A stretch of 64,000 nucleotides of DNA, taken from an uncultured delta proteobacterium. Lineage in GTDB: Bacteria; Desulfobacterota; Binatia; UBA9968. Position 1 is the first letter of the stretch; every line of letters begins with the position of its first letter. The stretch is taken from NCBI GenBank assembly GCA_963745035.1, contig CAVUVW010000013.1:1824001-1888000 (forward strand). The letters run 5' to 3'. Shown here piece by piece: positions 31,664 through 41,721 of the stretch. The notes under the pieces were generated by a model that was given only the letters and a program-made list of their open reading frames with translations, was not told where the DNA came from and made no database searches. The translations under genes and the position numbers were made by a program.

Positions 31664-32120
31664 GTTCTCGTTCCTCCAGTTGAAGTGCGCTCACACGCCG
31701 CTAGCGGGCTCTGCGTTCTGTCGATAAAAACCCAGCCATAGGCGCAATGAAATACGGTCCATTTCGATACCGGTTCTTTCTCGGGCAGATTTTGCATCGC
31801 CTGGATCTTGCCGGCGAGATCATCCGATGAATGGAGAATAACGGCTTCGCGGGTCTGCGGCAACTTGGGCGAGCCGAATTCATAAGGGCCGTGATGGCTG
31901 ACCAGCATGTGTTTTACGAGGCCGCGCACCCGCACCAAGCCGCCCGCGGAATCCTCGGTGCGCTCCAAATTCACGCTTCGATCTCGCCGCTGCGATCGAC
32001 GAGCTTGAGCGTGAGATAACCGCGCCGTTGCGCGCGACGCCGTGCTGCTTGGAGGCGACCAGAAAAGAAGCCGTCCACCTATTGGTTGTCGCGAATATCG
32101 GCGGCGTCGAGAGTTCTCAC
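31660..32120 (-). pseudogene. Remnant of YhaM/Cbf1-family 3'-5' exoribonuclease
   Basis: OB-fold-like start (FLVASKQ...LTLKLVDRSGEIEA) with in-frame stops, joined directly to the C-terminal SHHGPYEFGSPKLPQTREAVILH; central HD region missing. Confidence 0.7.
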
Positions 32121-32136
32121 GGCGCCTCCCTTTCCA

Positions 32137-32433
32137 TCAGTTCAGCCGGTTAGCGAGCTCATAGAGCGAGCCGACCAAAAAACGCTTGAGAAAGATAACA
32201 GCGAGCCACGCCAGGATCGGCGAGAAGTCGAAATCGCCGAACCGAGGTAGCCTGCGGCGCAGCGGCGCGAGCCCCGGCTCGGTCGCGGCGTAGAGAAACC
32301 GTACGATCGGGTTCTGCTCATCGACGTTGAAAAAAGAAATCACCACCCGGCCGATCAAGATCCACAGATAAGCCCAAAGAATGTAATCCAGAACCTGCGC
32401 GATTGCGCCGAGCAGGTTGGCGATGATAAACAT
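32137..32433 (-). CDS. yggT: YggT family membrane protein
   Basis: NPIVRFLYAATEP...DFSPIL; adjacent to yggS. Confidence 0.92.
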   Translation of the reverse strand: MFIIANLLGAIAQVLDYILWAYLWILIGRVVISFFNVDEQNPIVRFLYAATEPGLAPLRRRLPRFGDFDFSPILAWLAVIFLKRFLVGSLYELANRLN

Positions 32434-32437
32434 CGAC

Positions 32438-33139
32438 TCACCTGCCCCGCGGTCCGAACAGCGCCGTGCCGATCCGCACGATCGTCGCGCCTTCTTCGAT
32501 CGCGACCGTAAAATCGTCGCTCATCCCCATCGACAACTCCTTCAAGCTGATATTCGAAAGACCTGCGGCGCGAAATTTTTCCCGCAGCTCCCACAGGTCG
32601 TGAAAATAGCCGCGCGCGTTTTCGGCCTGTTCCTGCATCGGCGGCACGGTCATCAGTCCTTCGACCGCCACACGCGACAGTTTGCCGACCTCTTCCAACA
32701 AGGACGGGAGGCGATCCGGGGCGATCCCGCTCTTGCTCTTCTCCCCGGCCAAATTGACCTCGATATATGTGCGCACGGTCTTGCCGAGATTCTCCCCTTC
32801 CCTGTCCAGTGCGCGCGCCAGAGCCGCGCTGTCAAGCGTCTCGATCACGTCGAACAACTCCACCGCTGGCTTCACTTTGTTGCGCTGCAGGTGGCCGATC
32901 ATGTGCCACTCGACCGGCTCCAAGATCGCTCGCTTCTTTTCCTGCGCCTCCTGAACATAGTTCTCGCCGATAAGGGCCGCGCCAACCGCAACTGCCGCGC
33001 GGATCGCCTCGACGCTCTGCGATTTCGCCGCCGCCAGTAGCCTGACCGCGCGCGCGTCGCGGCCTGCTTTCATGGCCGCTTCGCCCATGCGAGTCACGAT
33101 GTTTCGGTATTGTGTGGCAACGTCGGCCATGAGGGCCAT
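32438..33139 (-). CDS. yggS: PLP homeostasis protein (YggS/PROSC)
   Basis: GENYVQE, WHMIGHLQRNK, LSMGMSDD, RIGTALFG. Confidence 0.96.
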   Translation of the reverse strand: MALMADVATQYRNIVTRMGEAAMKAGRDARAVRLLAAAKSQSVEAIRAAVAVGAALIGENYVQEAQEKKRAILEPVEWHMIGHLQRNKVKPAVELFDVIETLDSAALARALDREGENLGKTVRTYIEVNLAGEKSKSGIAPDRLPSLLEEVGKLSRVAVEGLMTVPPMQEQAENARGYFHDLWELREKFRAAGLSNISLKELSMGMSDDFTVAIEEGATIVRIGTALFGPRGR

Positions 33140-33212
33140 TGCCTACCATATCTCGCCGCACAATTCACTTCGCAAGAACGACACTACCGGCTAACGCGGA
33201 ACTCGAACTAAG

Positions 33213-33340
33213 ATGGAACAGCGCCGACGGATCGATTTGCACCTCTGGGGCGATACCGTCGTGATCACGCCCAAAGGCGGCCAAAGATTGGGGAAAACGG
33301 CCGCACGATCTTGCGGTATCCGCATACCAGCATCTCGCGT
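33213..33340 (+). pseudogene. C-terminal remnant resembling an M24 (Xaa-Pro peptidase-like) protein
   Basis: WGDTVVITPKGGQRLG then, after a frameshift, KRPHDLAVS; no upstream body. Confidence 0.4.
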
Positions 33341-33490
33341 CTGTCCCACCCCCTCACCGCCACCAACATGCCTGCTGCGGAGCGAAACGATTCAATGAGA
33401 GGTCAACCCGGCTAGATAAAGCCCGGATCGGCAGTCGCAACTTGCCTCGGTGTCGGTGGGCGCGATCCTGAATCGCGAAGAACCAACAAG

Positions 33491-34060
33491 TTACGGCGAC
33501 GCTTTCTCTTTTTCCCGAGACGGATTCTGCCCGCCGCGCGGGCGAGCTTCGAGCGACGCGTTAAACTTTTTGCGCTGCTCGGCCGTGAGCGCGGCCTTGG
33601 CTTGCTCGATGGCGCGGATGCGCGCGATGCGCAAGTCGGCGCGCAATCTTTCCATCTCGCGGATCTTCTGCTCGACCTTCGGCACGTCAACATTCGGCTG
33701 ATCGAGCAAACCGGCGACATCCAGCTCCAGGATGCGCAAGTCCGCGTCGGCGCGGATGCTCTGGCGTTGAAAGTTGTCGCGCAATTGTTCGAGCTGCTTC
33801 ACCTGATCGCCGGAAAGCCGCAGATCGTCTCTCTGCTTCAGGATCAGCGAGATCATCGGCCGATCCTCGCGCGGGTCGCGCGCGCCGAAGCGTTCGCGCA
33901 GCTGCCCGCCCCAGTCCTGCAGGGCGCGCTGCAGCCGCTCCCAGGCGTCCGCCAACTCCTCTGGAATAGAGGATGCCGGCTTTTCCGGCTCCGCGCCGTT
34001 CGTCGGCGCGGACGGCAGAAACGTGAATGCCAGAACGCCAAGCAGAATCAGCGATCGCAT
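33491..34060 (-). CDS. Periplasmic Spy/CpxP-like (LTxxQ) helical protein
   Basis: Signal peptide MRSLILLGVLAF, LRLSGDQVKQL and ALTAEQRKKF motifs. Confidence 0.8.
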   Translation of the reverse strand: MRSLILLGVLAFTFLPSAPTNGAEPEKPASSIPEELADAWERLQRALQDWGGQLRERFGARDPREDRPMISLILKQRDDLRLSGDQVKQLEQLRDNFQRQSIRADADLRILELDVAGLLDQPNVDVPKVEQKIREMERLRADLRIARIRAIEQAKAALTAEQRKKFNASLEARPRGGQNPSREKEKASP

Positions 34061-34074
34061 CGGCTTCTCCTCTT

Positions 34075-35486
34075 CTAACTTTTCCCCGAGATCCCCGGCT
34101 CGGTCATGCTCCACGGATCGAGGAGTTTTTCCAATTTCTCCTGGGCCATCAAATTTTTCCTCTGCGCTAACTGGCGGATGGTTTGCCCGGTTGCCAATGC
34201 TTCCTGCGCGATCTTCCGCGCTCCCGTAGCCGATCACGGGCGCCAAGGTGGTGGCCATGGCGAGGCTGCGCTCCACCATCTCCTCGCAGCGCGCCCGGTC
34301 GGCGACAATGCCCTCAACACACTTCTCCGTAAAGGCTCTCACGACGTTGGCGCTGAACTCTATCGCTTCCAGCAGCCGCAGCTCATGATGGGCATCATGG
34401 TATTGAGCTCGAAGTCGCCACCTTGGTCGTAGATCGTGATCGTCGCATCGCAGCCGATCACATGGGCCGCCACCTGAAGCACCGACTCGCACAGCACCGG
34501 ATTGACCTTGCCGGGCATGATCCAACGATCCCGGCTGGGTGTCGGGCAGCACGATCTCGCCGATGCCGCAGCGTGGGCCCGAGGCGAGCCAGCGAAAGTC
34601 GTTGGCGATTTTCGTGAGACTCACGGCGAGCGTTTTCAAGCTGCCGCTGCTGCTCACCTGCACGACCGCGTCCTTGGAAGCCTGAGCCTCGAAATGATTT
34701 TCGGCTTCACGAAATTCAAGTCCTGTCATCTCGGAGAGTTTCTCGATGGCCCGCTTGGCAAATTCCGGATGCGCGTTGATGCCCGTGCCGATAGCGGTTC
34801 CGCCCAACGGCAATTCGGCCAAAGCCGCCGCGGCCGTTTTAATGCGCTCAATGCTCAGCGCGATTTGCCGCGCGTAGCCGCTGAACTCCTGGCTCAAGCG
34901 CATCGGCGTGGCGTCGGCAGGATGGGTGCGTCCGATCTTGATCACGTCGTCGATTTCTTTGGCTTTGCCGGCACGCGCTGCTCGAAGGTCGTCCAACGCC
35001 GGCAGCAGCTCGCGCTCGACCGCGATGCTCGCCGCGCAATGGAGCGCAGTGGGAATCACGTCGTTGCTCGACTGGCGCATGTTCACGTGATCGTTGGGAT
35101 GAACTTCCCGGCTGCCGCGGCCGCCCGAGGATCTAGAGCGCGCGGTTGGCGATCACCTCGTAGGCGTTCATGTTGATGGAGGTGCCGGAACCTGTTTGGA
35201 AGATATCGACGACGAACTCGCGGTCGAGCTTGCCGTCGATCACCTCTTGCGCGGCCTGACGAATCGCCCCGGCGATCCGCGGCTCGAGCAAGCCGAGTTG
35301 TTCGTTGGCCGTGGCGGCGGCCAACCTGACCATGCCGAGAGCGTGAATGAACTGCGGCGGAAAGCCGATGCCGCTGATGGGGAAATTTTCGACGGCGCGT
35401 TGGGTCTGCGCGCCATAGTAGGCGCCTTTCGGCACCTTGACCTCGCCCATGGAGTCTCGTTCGGTACGAAAGCTTTGCTCGGCCAT
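34075..35486 (-). pseudogene. fumC: Class II fumarate hydratase, multiply frameshifted
   Basis: RTERDSMGEV, YGAQTQRAVENF, QTGSGTS, KIGRTH; GSSxMPGKVNP signature broken by a frameshift. Confidence 0.85.
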
Positions 35487-35559
35487 TGGACCTCCGATCG
35501 GCATTATGGCGAAGTTGGCGTTGCATCGAGCCTAGCACCCGTAGCGCGAAAGAAAACAG

Positions 35560-36783
35560 CTAGGCTGGCGCCCCTTGCCGCGGTTCCTTGAGCAATAAAG
35601 CGACGGCAATGATGCCGACTGTAACCGCGGCGGCCAAGATCTGCCAGGCCAAAGCATAAGAACCGGTCCGATCGACGACATAGCCGAACACGGGCGTTCC
35701 GACGGTCGCCGCGGCGGCATTGATCGTGATCATCATGCCCAAGCCGGCACCGGTTCGCGCCTTGCCGGAAATCTCCCCGATGAGCGCGTAAGAGACGCCT
35801 TGATAGCCGACCAGCGAAACGCCGGCGAGAAACAGAATCGGCATCACTACGAGGTAGGAAGTTCCCTGATCCATAAAGCTCAAGCCGCCGAGCAAGAGAA
35901 CCGACAACACTCCGATGAGGACGAGAACGATCTTGCGCCGGCCGCCGAACAAGCGGTCGCTCGCCACACCCCATCCGACCCGGCCCACCATCGCCCCCGC
36001 CTGGGTCAGCGCCAGCGCCTGGCTCGCCCAGTACGCGGAATAACCCATGACGTCTTTCAAGTAGAGCGGCACATAAGTGATCAACGCCATCTGGCCGATC
36101 AAATAGATCGCCGTCGCGCAGCTCACCGGCAGCAAAGCCCAGATGTTCAGCGGCGGAAGAATCTCGCCAGCCTTCGTAATAGAACCCGCATCGATGGACG
36201 AGGCACTAGGCTCGCGCCATAAGAGCGCGAACAAAAAGCCGAAGGCGAAATTGAAAATGCCGAGGGCCGCTAGCGAGCCGCGCCAGCCGATGAGCAGAAC
36301 CAGCGACGGCGCGAGGATCGCCGCGAGCACTCCGCCACTGGGAACTCCGGTTTGCTTGATGCCCATTGCCGTGGCGCGCTCATCGCGATGAAACCAGGTC
36401 ATCACGCCGATGCTGGAAGCCGGGTTGAGAAAGCTATAACCCGCTCCGGCAAGGAAAAAGCTGACCCAGGCCGCCTCGAACGACGGCGCCAGCGCCGCTG
36501 CGGCCGTGCAAATGCCTACGCTAAGATGACCGAGTAAGGTCGTCCTGCGCACACCCAGGCGATCGGCCAGCCAGCCGGTTCCGAACGAGGTTCCGGTCAT
36601 CGCGAGGTAAAAAGCCGAGAAAAACAACCCGACCTGGGCGCGCGACAAACCCATTTCATCTTTGTAAAAGGGCGCGAGCGTGTTGATGCCGTACTGCGCC
36701 GCCGCACCGATGATGTGCGATACGAAGATCAGTCCGAGGATGGTCCAACGGAATGAATCGCGCTGCGATAAGCTATCGGGCAT
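35560..36783 (-). CDS. MFS transporter
   Basis: About 12 TM, GWLADRLGVR and GVASDRLFGGRRK motif A copies. Confidence 0.9.
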   Translation of the reverse strand: MPDSLSQRDSFRWTILGLIFVSHIIGAAAQYGINTLAPFYKDEMGLSRAQVGLFFSAFYLAMTGTSFGTGWLADRLGVRRTTLLGHLSVGICTAAAALAPSFEAAWVSFFLAGAGYSFLNPASSIGVMTWFHRDERATAMGIKQTGVPSGGVLAAILAPSLVLLIGWRGSLAALGIFNFAFGFLFALLWREPSASSIDAGSITKAGEILPPLNIWALLPVSCATAIYLIGQMALITYVPLYLKDVMGYSAYWASQALALTQAGAMVGRVGWGVASDRLFGGRRKIVLVLIGVLSVLLLGGLSFMDQGTSYLVVMPILFLAGVSLVGYQGVSYALIGEISGKARTGAGLGMMITINAAAATVGTPVFGYVVDRTGSYALAWQILAAAVTVGIIAVALLLKEPRQGAPA

Positions 36784-36799
36784 GGAAAAGCGACGGAGC

Positions 36800-38397
36800 C
36801 TAATCGAAAACCGTGCTCGAGTAAGCTTCGGCATCGATGAAAGCTTCGATGACGCTCGGGCCGTCGAGCGCTGATGCCCACTCGAGCGCACCGCGAAACT
36901 CATCGAGATGATGAGCGGCGCGGCACGGCACCCCGAAGTAATGGGGCGGCGAGTCCGGCGGATCACCCAGGCGCACACCGGACAGCGGGTAGCTTCGCCG
37001 CTCCTGCTTGACCTTCATCAAGCCGAGCCATCCGTCGTTCAGCACGATCGTCGGCACGGCTAGATTGAGTCGCCGCGCCAGGGCGAGTTCCCCGGCAGTC
37101 ATCTGAAAGCACCCGTCGCCGACCACGGCAACTATTGAACGGTCAGGAAAAACCAATTTGCCGGCGTAAGCCGCCGGCATGCCGTAGCCCATCGACGACC
37201 AGCCGTTTGTAGCGAGCAAGGTACGCGGCAAATCCGTGCGCCATTGGCTGGCGATCTGATGCGTATGCGCGCCGACATCGTAAGCCAGGATGCCCTCTTC
37301 CGGGAGCCAGCTGCGTAGCGCGTCAAGCACGTGATGCGCGGAGAATTCGGCGACGCCGGGACGGAGGGCTTTTTCCAAAGAAGAGCGATGCCGGTGCAAC
37401 TCTTCTGGCGACCATTCGTTCGCGACGGGCGCGATCGCGCCCATCGCCTCGATCGCGGCATCGAGGTCGCACGCCTCGTTCCAAATAAAGTTCAGACCCG
37501 TTCCGGACTCCGCCGCTTCAGTGCCGATATGCACGATGGGTGTCTTCCCCACCCATTCCTCGTAGTTGATTTCGATCGGATCGTAGCCCACCGCGATGAT
37601 CAAATCGCCGCGATCGGTGAACGCCTTGACATCGCTGCGCCGTGCCCGGCCGATCACGCCTGCCCACTGGGCATGACCCTCCGGAAGAAATCCTTTGGCG
37701 TGCATCGTCGTGACGAAGGGCAACCGCTGGCGCTCGACAAAGCGGAGCAAATCGCGCCCGGCTTCGCTGCGCGTGAAAGTCAAACCGGTGATCAACAACG
37801 GACGCCGTGAGTTGGCCAGCGCGGCCGATAGAACCCGCACGACTTCCGCCGATCGATCGTTGTGGCGGGTCGGCTCATGAGCTTGCTCGGTGCGGCTCGC
37901 TTTCGAGTTGCTTGCGCAATGTCTTCGGGCAAATCGAGATGCACAGGGCCGGGTGGTTCCTCAGTGGCGAAAGCTATTGCGCGGCGCACCGTTTCGCCGG
38001 CTGGAACATCACGAAAAGAAAATGACGCCTTGGTTAAAGGCGTGAACAGTCCGTGGTGATCGATGCGCATCTGGATGCGCCGTTCGAGCCAAGCGCTGGC
38101 GACGTTGCACGTTATCGCGATGACCGGCGCGCGATCGAGCCAGGCGCAGCCGACGCCGGTGGCGAGGTTGGTCGCCCCCGGACCGACGGTCGAGACGCAC
38201 ACGCCGGGGATGCCAGTCAGATAGCCGACGGCGGTGGCCATAAAACCCGCCGACGTTTCGCTGGCGGTGAGAACGAAATCGATCGAGCTTCGCCGCAGCG
38301 CATCGATGAGCGGCAAAACCGGCCCACTCGGCACGCCGAAGACCCAGCGCACGCCGGCTCGTTCGAGCGCGCGGACGATGGCTTCGCTGTTACTCAT
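36800..38397 (-). CDS. Thiamine-pyrophosphate enzyme (acetolactate synthase-like), frameshift ~37850
   Basis: VFGVPSG, GPGATN, PGPVHLDLP; C-terminal SMGYGMPAA, GDGCFQM...LND. Confidence 0.85.
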
Positions 38398-38430
38398 GTC
38401 GCCCACGTCTACTCTGGTGCCAGATGGCTC

Positions 38431-38505
38431 GTCGAGGATAGAGAATCGAGGATGGAGGATGGCTCCGGATTTTCGATCCTCGATCCTCCATCTTCCATCC
38501 TCGAC
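38431..38505. repeat. Inverted array of 7-nt repeats (CGAGGAT family)
   Basis: CGAGGAT AGAGAAT CGAGGAT GGAGGAT / ATCCTCG ATCCTCC ATCTTCC ATCCTCG. Confidence 0.85.
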
Positions 38506-38544
38506 CTAATCTACATTGCCAATCCTCTATCTTCGACATCCCAC

Positions 38545-39345
38545 CTAATTGCCGATCCGCACCGGATCCACCGCGTCCTGAACGGCGCGGATGATCGACA
38601 GCGCGGTGAGCTTGCCGGTCTTGGGATTCTCACTGGGCACGTTTTCGATATGGACGTGAAGCTTGCCGAACTCGCCTTCGACGTCGATATCGTGGCAATT
38701 GCGCACCAACCCCGGCACCGCGAAGATTTTGACCCGCGTCTGATCCGGACCGATGCCGGCCAAACTCACCGCCGCTGTGACGTTGACGTTGGCGGGAAAG
38801 CCGCGGCACGCCTCGCGCGCCGAGCCGGAAAAAATTTCCTTTTCCTCTTTCAATCCCGCCAGTGAAATTTCTCGTTCGACAAGATACGGCGCTCCTTCCA
38901 AACCCGCGGGAGGCTTGCGAGTCGTGTGGGTGACGTGAGCGATCTCGCCGACCACTGCGGATTTGATGCCGTCCAATCCGGCGATTGCGCCGGACGGAAC
39001 GTACAGCCGGCAGCCGGTGCGGCGCGATTGCTCGATGACCTCCGGATGATCGAGCAAGGCGCCGACGCTGATAACCATGAAGTCCTTGCCGGAGGCGAAA
39101 ACCTGCTTGGCCAAGCTTGCCACGACGGCGCCGCCGGCCGCTTCGACGATCATGTCCGCGGCGTCGATCAATTCATTCAACGGGAGATAGGACGGCGGCT
39201 GGCGAAAGCTCGAAAGAAACTCGCGCGCGCTTTGCTCGGTGCGGCTGGTTACCCCCGCCACGCGCACCGAAAGCTTGCCGCTCTCGACTGCGCGGACCAG
39301 AGCTTTCCCGATGGCGCCGCAGCCGACGATACCGATGGATTTCAT
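38545..39345 (-). CDS. nadX: L-aspartate dehydrogenase family protein
   Basis: GCGAIG, SGAIAGLD, RKPP, FPANVNV, NPKT. Confidence 0.88.
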   Translation of the reverse strand: MKSIGIVGCGAIGKALVRAVESGKLSVRVAGVTSRTEQSAREFLSSFRQPPSYLPLNELIDAADMIVEAAGGAVVASLAKQVFASGKDFMVISVGALLDHPEVIEQSRRTGCRLYVPSGAIAGLDGIKSAVVGEIAHVTHTTRKPPAGLEGAPYLVEREISLAGLKEEKEIFSGSAREACRGFPANVNVTAAVSLAGIGPDQTRVKIFAVPGLVRNCHDIDVEGEFGKLHVHIENVPSENPKTGKLTALSIIRAVQDAVDPVRIGN

Positions 39346-39377
39346 TTCAACCCTCCGACGCTGTCCTGCTTTCGCCG

Positions 39378-39806
39378 TCAGCGGGACGGCACGAGCCAGT
39401 AAAGCATCCAATAAACGATCACACCCGTAATCGAAACATAAAGCCAGATCGGAAAAGTCCAGCGCGCGATCCGCCGGTGCGCGTCGAAGCGCTCGCGCAG
39501 AGCTCGGACAAGCGTGATCAGCGCCAAAGGCACGACGACCGTGGCCAGGATCGTGTGCGTTAGCAAGATCGTGAAATAGACGACGCGTATTCCGCCTTGC
39601 CCCTTGAACGGAACCGAGCCGACTTGAAAATGATAGACCAAGTAAGAAATCAGAAACAAGATCGAGCAGCCGAACGCGGCAAGCATGCAGCGCCGATGCG
39701 CTTGCTGATTTTTCCGTCTGATAAAACGATAACCGCCCAAAAGAAAAACGGCGCTGAGAGAATTCAGCGCCGCGTTCAAATCGGGAAGTTGGGAGGCGGA
39801 AATCAC
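39378..39806 (-). CDS. DUF420 (YozB/CtaM-like) membrane protein
   Basis: LNAALN, HRRCM, FLISYLVYH, HRRIARWTFPIWLYVSITGV. Confidence 0.88.
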   Translation of the reverse strand: MISASQLPDLNAALNSLSAVFLLGGYRFIRRKNQQAHRRCMLAAFGCSILFLISYLVYHFQVGSVPFKGQGGIRVVYFTILLTHTILATVVVPLALITLVRALRERFDAHRRIARWTFPIWLYVSITGVIVYWMLYWLVPSR

Positions 39807-40082
39807 CGGGGGAAGATGTCCGGCATCAACATCAGAATCAAGAAAACACACAGGATGAACGGCGAGAGCGCGATCCACGTCAGAGTCTTCTTTTCCAGCT
39901 TGAGATGCATGAAATGTAGGGCCACGAGCGCCGCCTTCCACACGGCCAAAACGATCAGCAAAGCCACGAGCGAGCATTTTAGGCAGGTGCAGATACACGA
40001 TTGCGACTTCGACGACAGTGAGCGCGAAAAGGATATAGAAAATCCGCAGGTAATGGGCGGAGGAATGTGCTGACGATGCCAT
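39803..40082 (-). CDS. Cytochrome c oxidase subunit IV, one frameshift (~39975)
   Basis: YLRIFYILFALTVVEV then LAVWKAALVALHFMHLKLE. Confidence 0.8.
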
Positions 40083-40101
40083 AGGGCTCCTCGAACTCCG
40101 G

Positions 40102-40710
40102 TTAAACGAGATAAACGAAAGTAAAAATCAGGATCCAGACGAGATCGACGAAATGCCAATACAAGCCGGCAATCTCGACATGCTTGGCTCCGTAGCGGCC
40201 GCGGCTCACAGCCGCTAGCACAGCGCTGTTATAGATCACCCCGCCGGTCACGTGCATGCCGTGAAAGCCGGTCAAGATAAAAAAGGTCGTAGCGAACAAA
40301 TCCTTGCTGAACGACAAATTGTGCTCGGGCAAGGTGTGTCCGATCAGGTGCGTCCATTCGTAGGCTTGCAGCCCAAGAAAGATCGCCCCCCCGAGAATGG
40401 TAAAGCCCATGAATTTTTTGAAACGCGCCTTGTCGCCGTCCTGGATCGCGGCCAACGCCAGAACCATCGTCACGCTGCTGACGATCAGCAAAAATGTCAT
40501 GAGCGCCGTCAGGTTGATGCCCAGTACGTCTGCAGGCACCGGCCAGCTCTTGCTCGCGTGCCGAAGAATGCCATAGCCGACGATCAAACAGCCGAACGAC
40601 ATGGCGTCGCCGGCCAGAAACAACCACATGCCAAGTTTGCCCCAGCTCTCTGGGGTGAGAGGCGTCTCTGCGGGCTCTGCCTCTACATGCATCGCTGCAA
40701 CATCACTCAT
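40102..40710 (-). CDS. Cytochrome c oxidase subunit III (copy 2)
   Basis: GKLGMWLFLAGD, FFILTGFHGMHV, GLYWHFVDLVW. Confidence 0.92.
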   Translation of the reverse strand: MSDVAAMHVEAEPAETPLTPESWGKLGMWLFLAGDAMSFGCLIVGYGILRHASKSWPVPADVLGINLTALMTFLLIVSSVTMVLALAAIQDGDKARFKKFMGFTILGGAIFLGLQAYEWTHLIGHTLPEHNLSFSKDLFATTFFILTGFHGMHVTGGVIYNSAVLAAVSRGRYGAKHVEIAGLYWHFVDLVWILIFTFVYLV

Positions 40711-40988
40711 CGACTGCCGTCCTCCTGTTTCCACGATAACACATGCGATTCCTCATCGGCTTCTTCACGGCGCCTGACCGCGCGGCGATAAGCGAAAACA
40801 AGCCCGCCGGCGATAGAGGCGACAACCAGATACGGCGTCGCCATCAAAAACAGCACGCTTGCGTTATAACCACCTGTGACCGCGTCGCCGTCGCCGCTCA
40901 GACAAACCGCGCAGGCAAAACTTCGCGCCGCGTGCGTCAAGAGCACCGAGGCGATCACCGATGCGATGAGGAACAATCTTCCAAACAT
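40707..40988 (-). CDS. Small membrane protein with signal peptide, ACAVC motif and one TM
   Basis: 93 aa ORF overlapping the next start (ATGA) inside the oxidase operon. Confidence 0.75.
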   Translation of the reverse strand: MFGRLFLIASVIASVLLTHAARSFACAVCLSGDGDAVTGGYNASVLFLMATPYLVVASIAGGLVFAYRRAVRRREEADEESHVLSWKQEDGSR

Positions 40989-41040
40989 GATGAAATTCGC
41001 AAAAAATTATCCTATCGATCCAATCGAGTCAATCAATCCG

Positions 41041-41676
41041 CTAGTAAAGATAGACTAAACCGTAGAGGATCGGCCACAACGCGACGACGAAGATCCAATA
41101 CATGCTGCAAGTCTGCAAACCTGCCTCGTTGCGCTTGGTGTAGCTTCCTTGCCGCGCTTTGAACCAGACCGCCATCAGCCAGATAAGCGCGCCGAATACA
41201 TGAGCGCCGTGAAATCCGATGAGCGTGTAGAACAGGCCGCCGTATACGCTGCTCGATACGGTCAGACCGAAGTGGATCAAACGCACCCATTCATAGCCCT
41301 GAACGACGAGAAACGTCACTCCCAGCGCCGCAGTGCACGACAGCATGCGCATCAGTCCCCGCTGATCGCTCATGCGGTTGGCCTGGAGCGCCCATCTCAT
41401 AGTCACCGCGCTCGCCAGCAGAATCAACGTGTTGATCCCGGTCACGCCGATGGGCAGGCGCGGCTGAAACGGCGGCGGCCATACCGTGCTGCCGATGCGA
41501 AAAACCAGAAACGCGCCGATCAAACCGGCAAAGAACATGGCTTCGGCGCCGAGCAGCATCACCGTGCCGAGCCAAGCGTTGCTGCCGATCGGCGTAATCG
41601 GACGAACCGGCGGAGGAGGCGGGCCGCCGCCTCCGAAGCCCGGCCGCTTCACTTCGGCGACTATAGGCGTCGTCAT
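41041..41676 (-). CDS. Cytochrome c oxidase subunit III (copy 1)
   Basis: EAMFFAGL, YGGLFYTLIGFHGAHV, MYWIFVVALW. Confidence 0.9.
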   Translation of the reverse strand: MTTPIVAEVKRPGFGGGGPPPPPVRPITPIGSNAWLGTVMLLGAEAMFFAGLIGAFLVFRIGSTVWPPPFQPRLPIGVTGINTLILLASAVTMRWALQANRMSDQRGLMRMLSCTAALGVTFLVVQGYEWVRLIHFGLTVSSSVYGGLFYTLIGFHGAHVFGALIWLMAVWFKARQGSYTKRNEAGLQTCSMYWIFVVALWPILYGLVYLY

Positions 41677-41721
41677 TCAGCTTGCGCGCGGTGGAGCTCT
41701 TCGCCATGACAATCATTCAGT

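Noticed and set aside
33491-35086. 531-aa apparent fumarase-Spy/CpxP fusion
   Set aside because: Out-of-frame read-through from broken fumC; the periplasmic protein has its own signal peptide starting at 34060.
39378-40082. Apparent cox IV-DUF420 fusion
   Set aside because: A single frameshift in subunit IV explains it; the middle of the fused ORF is out-of-frame sequence.
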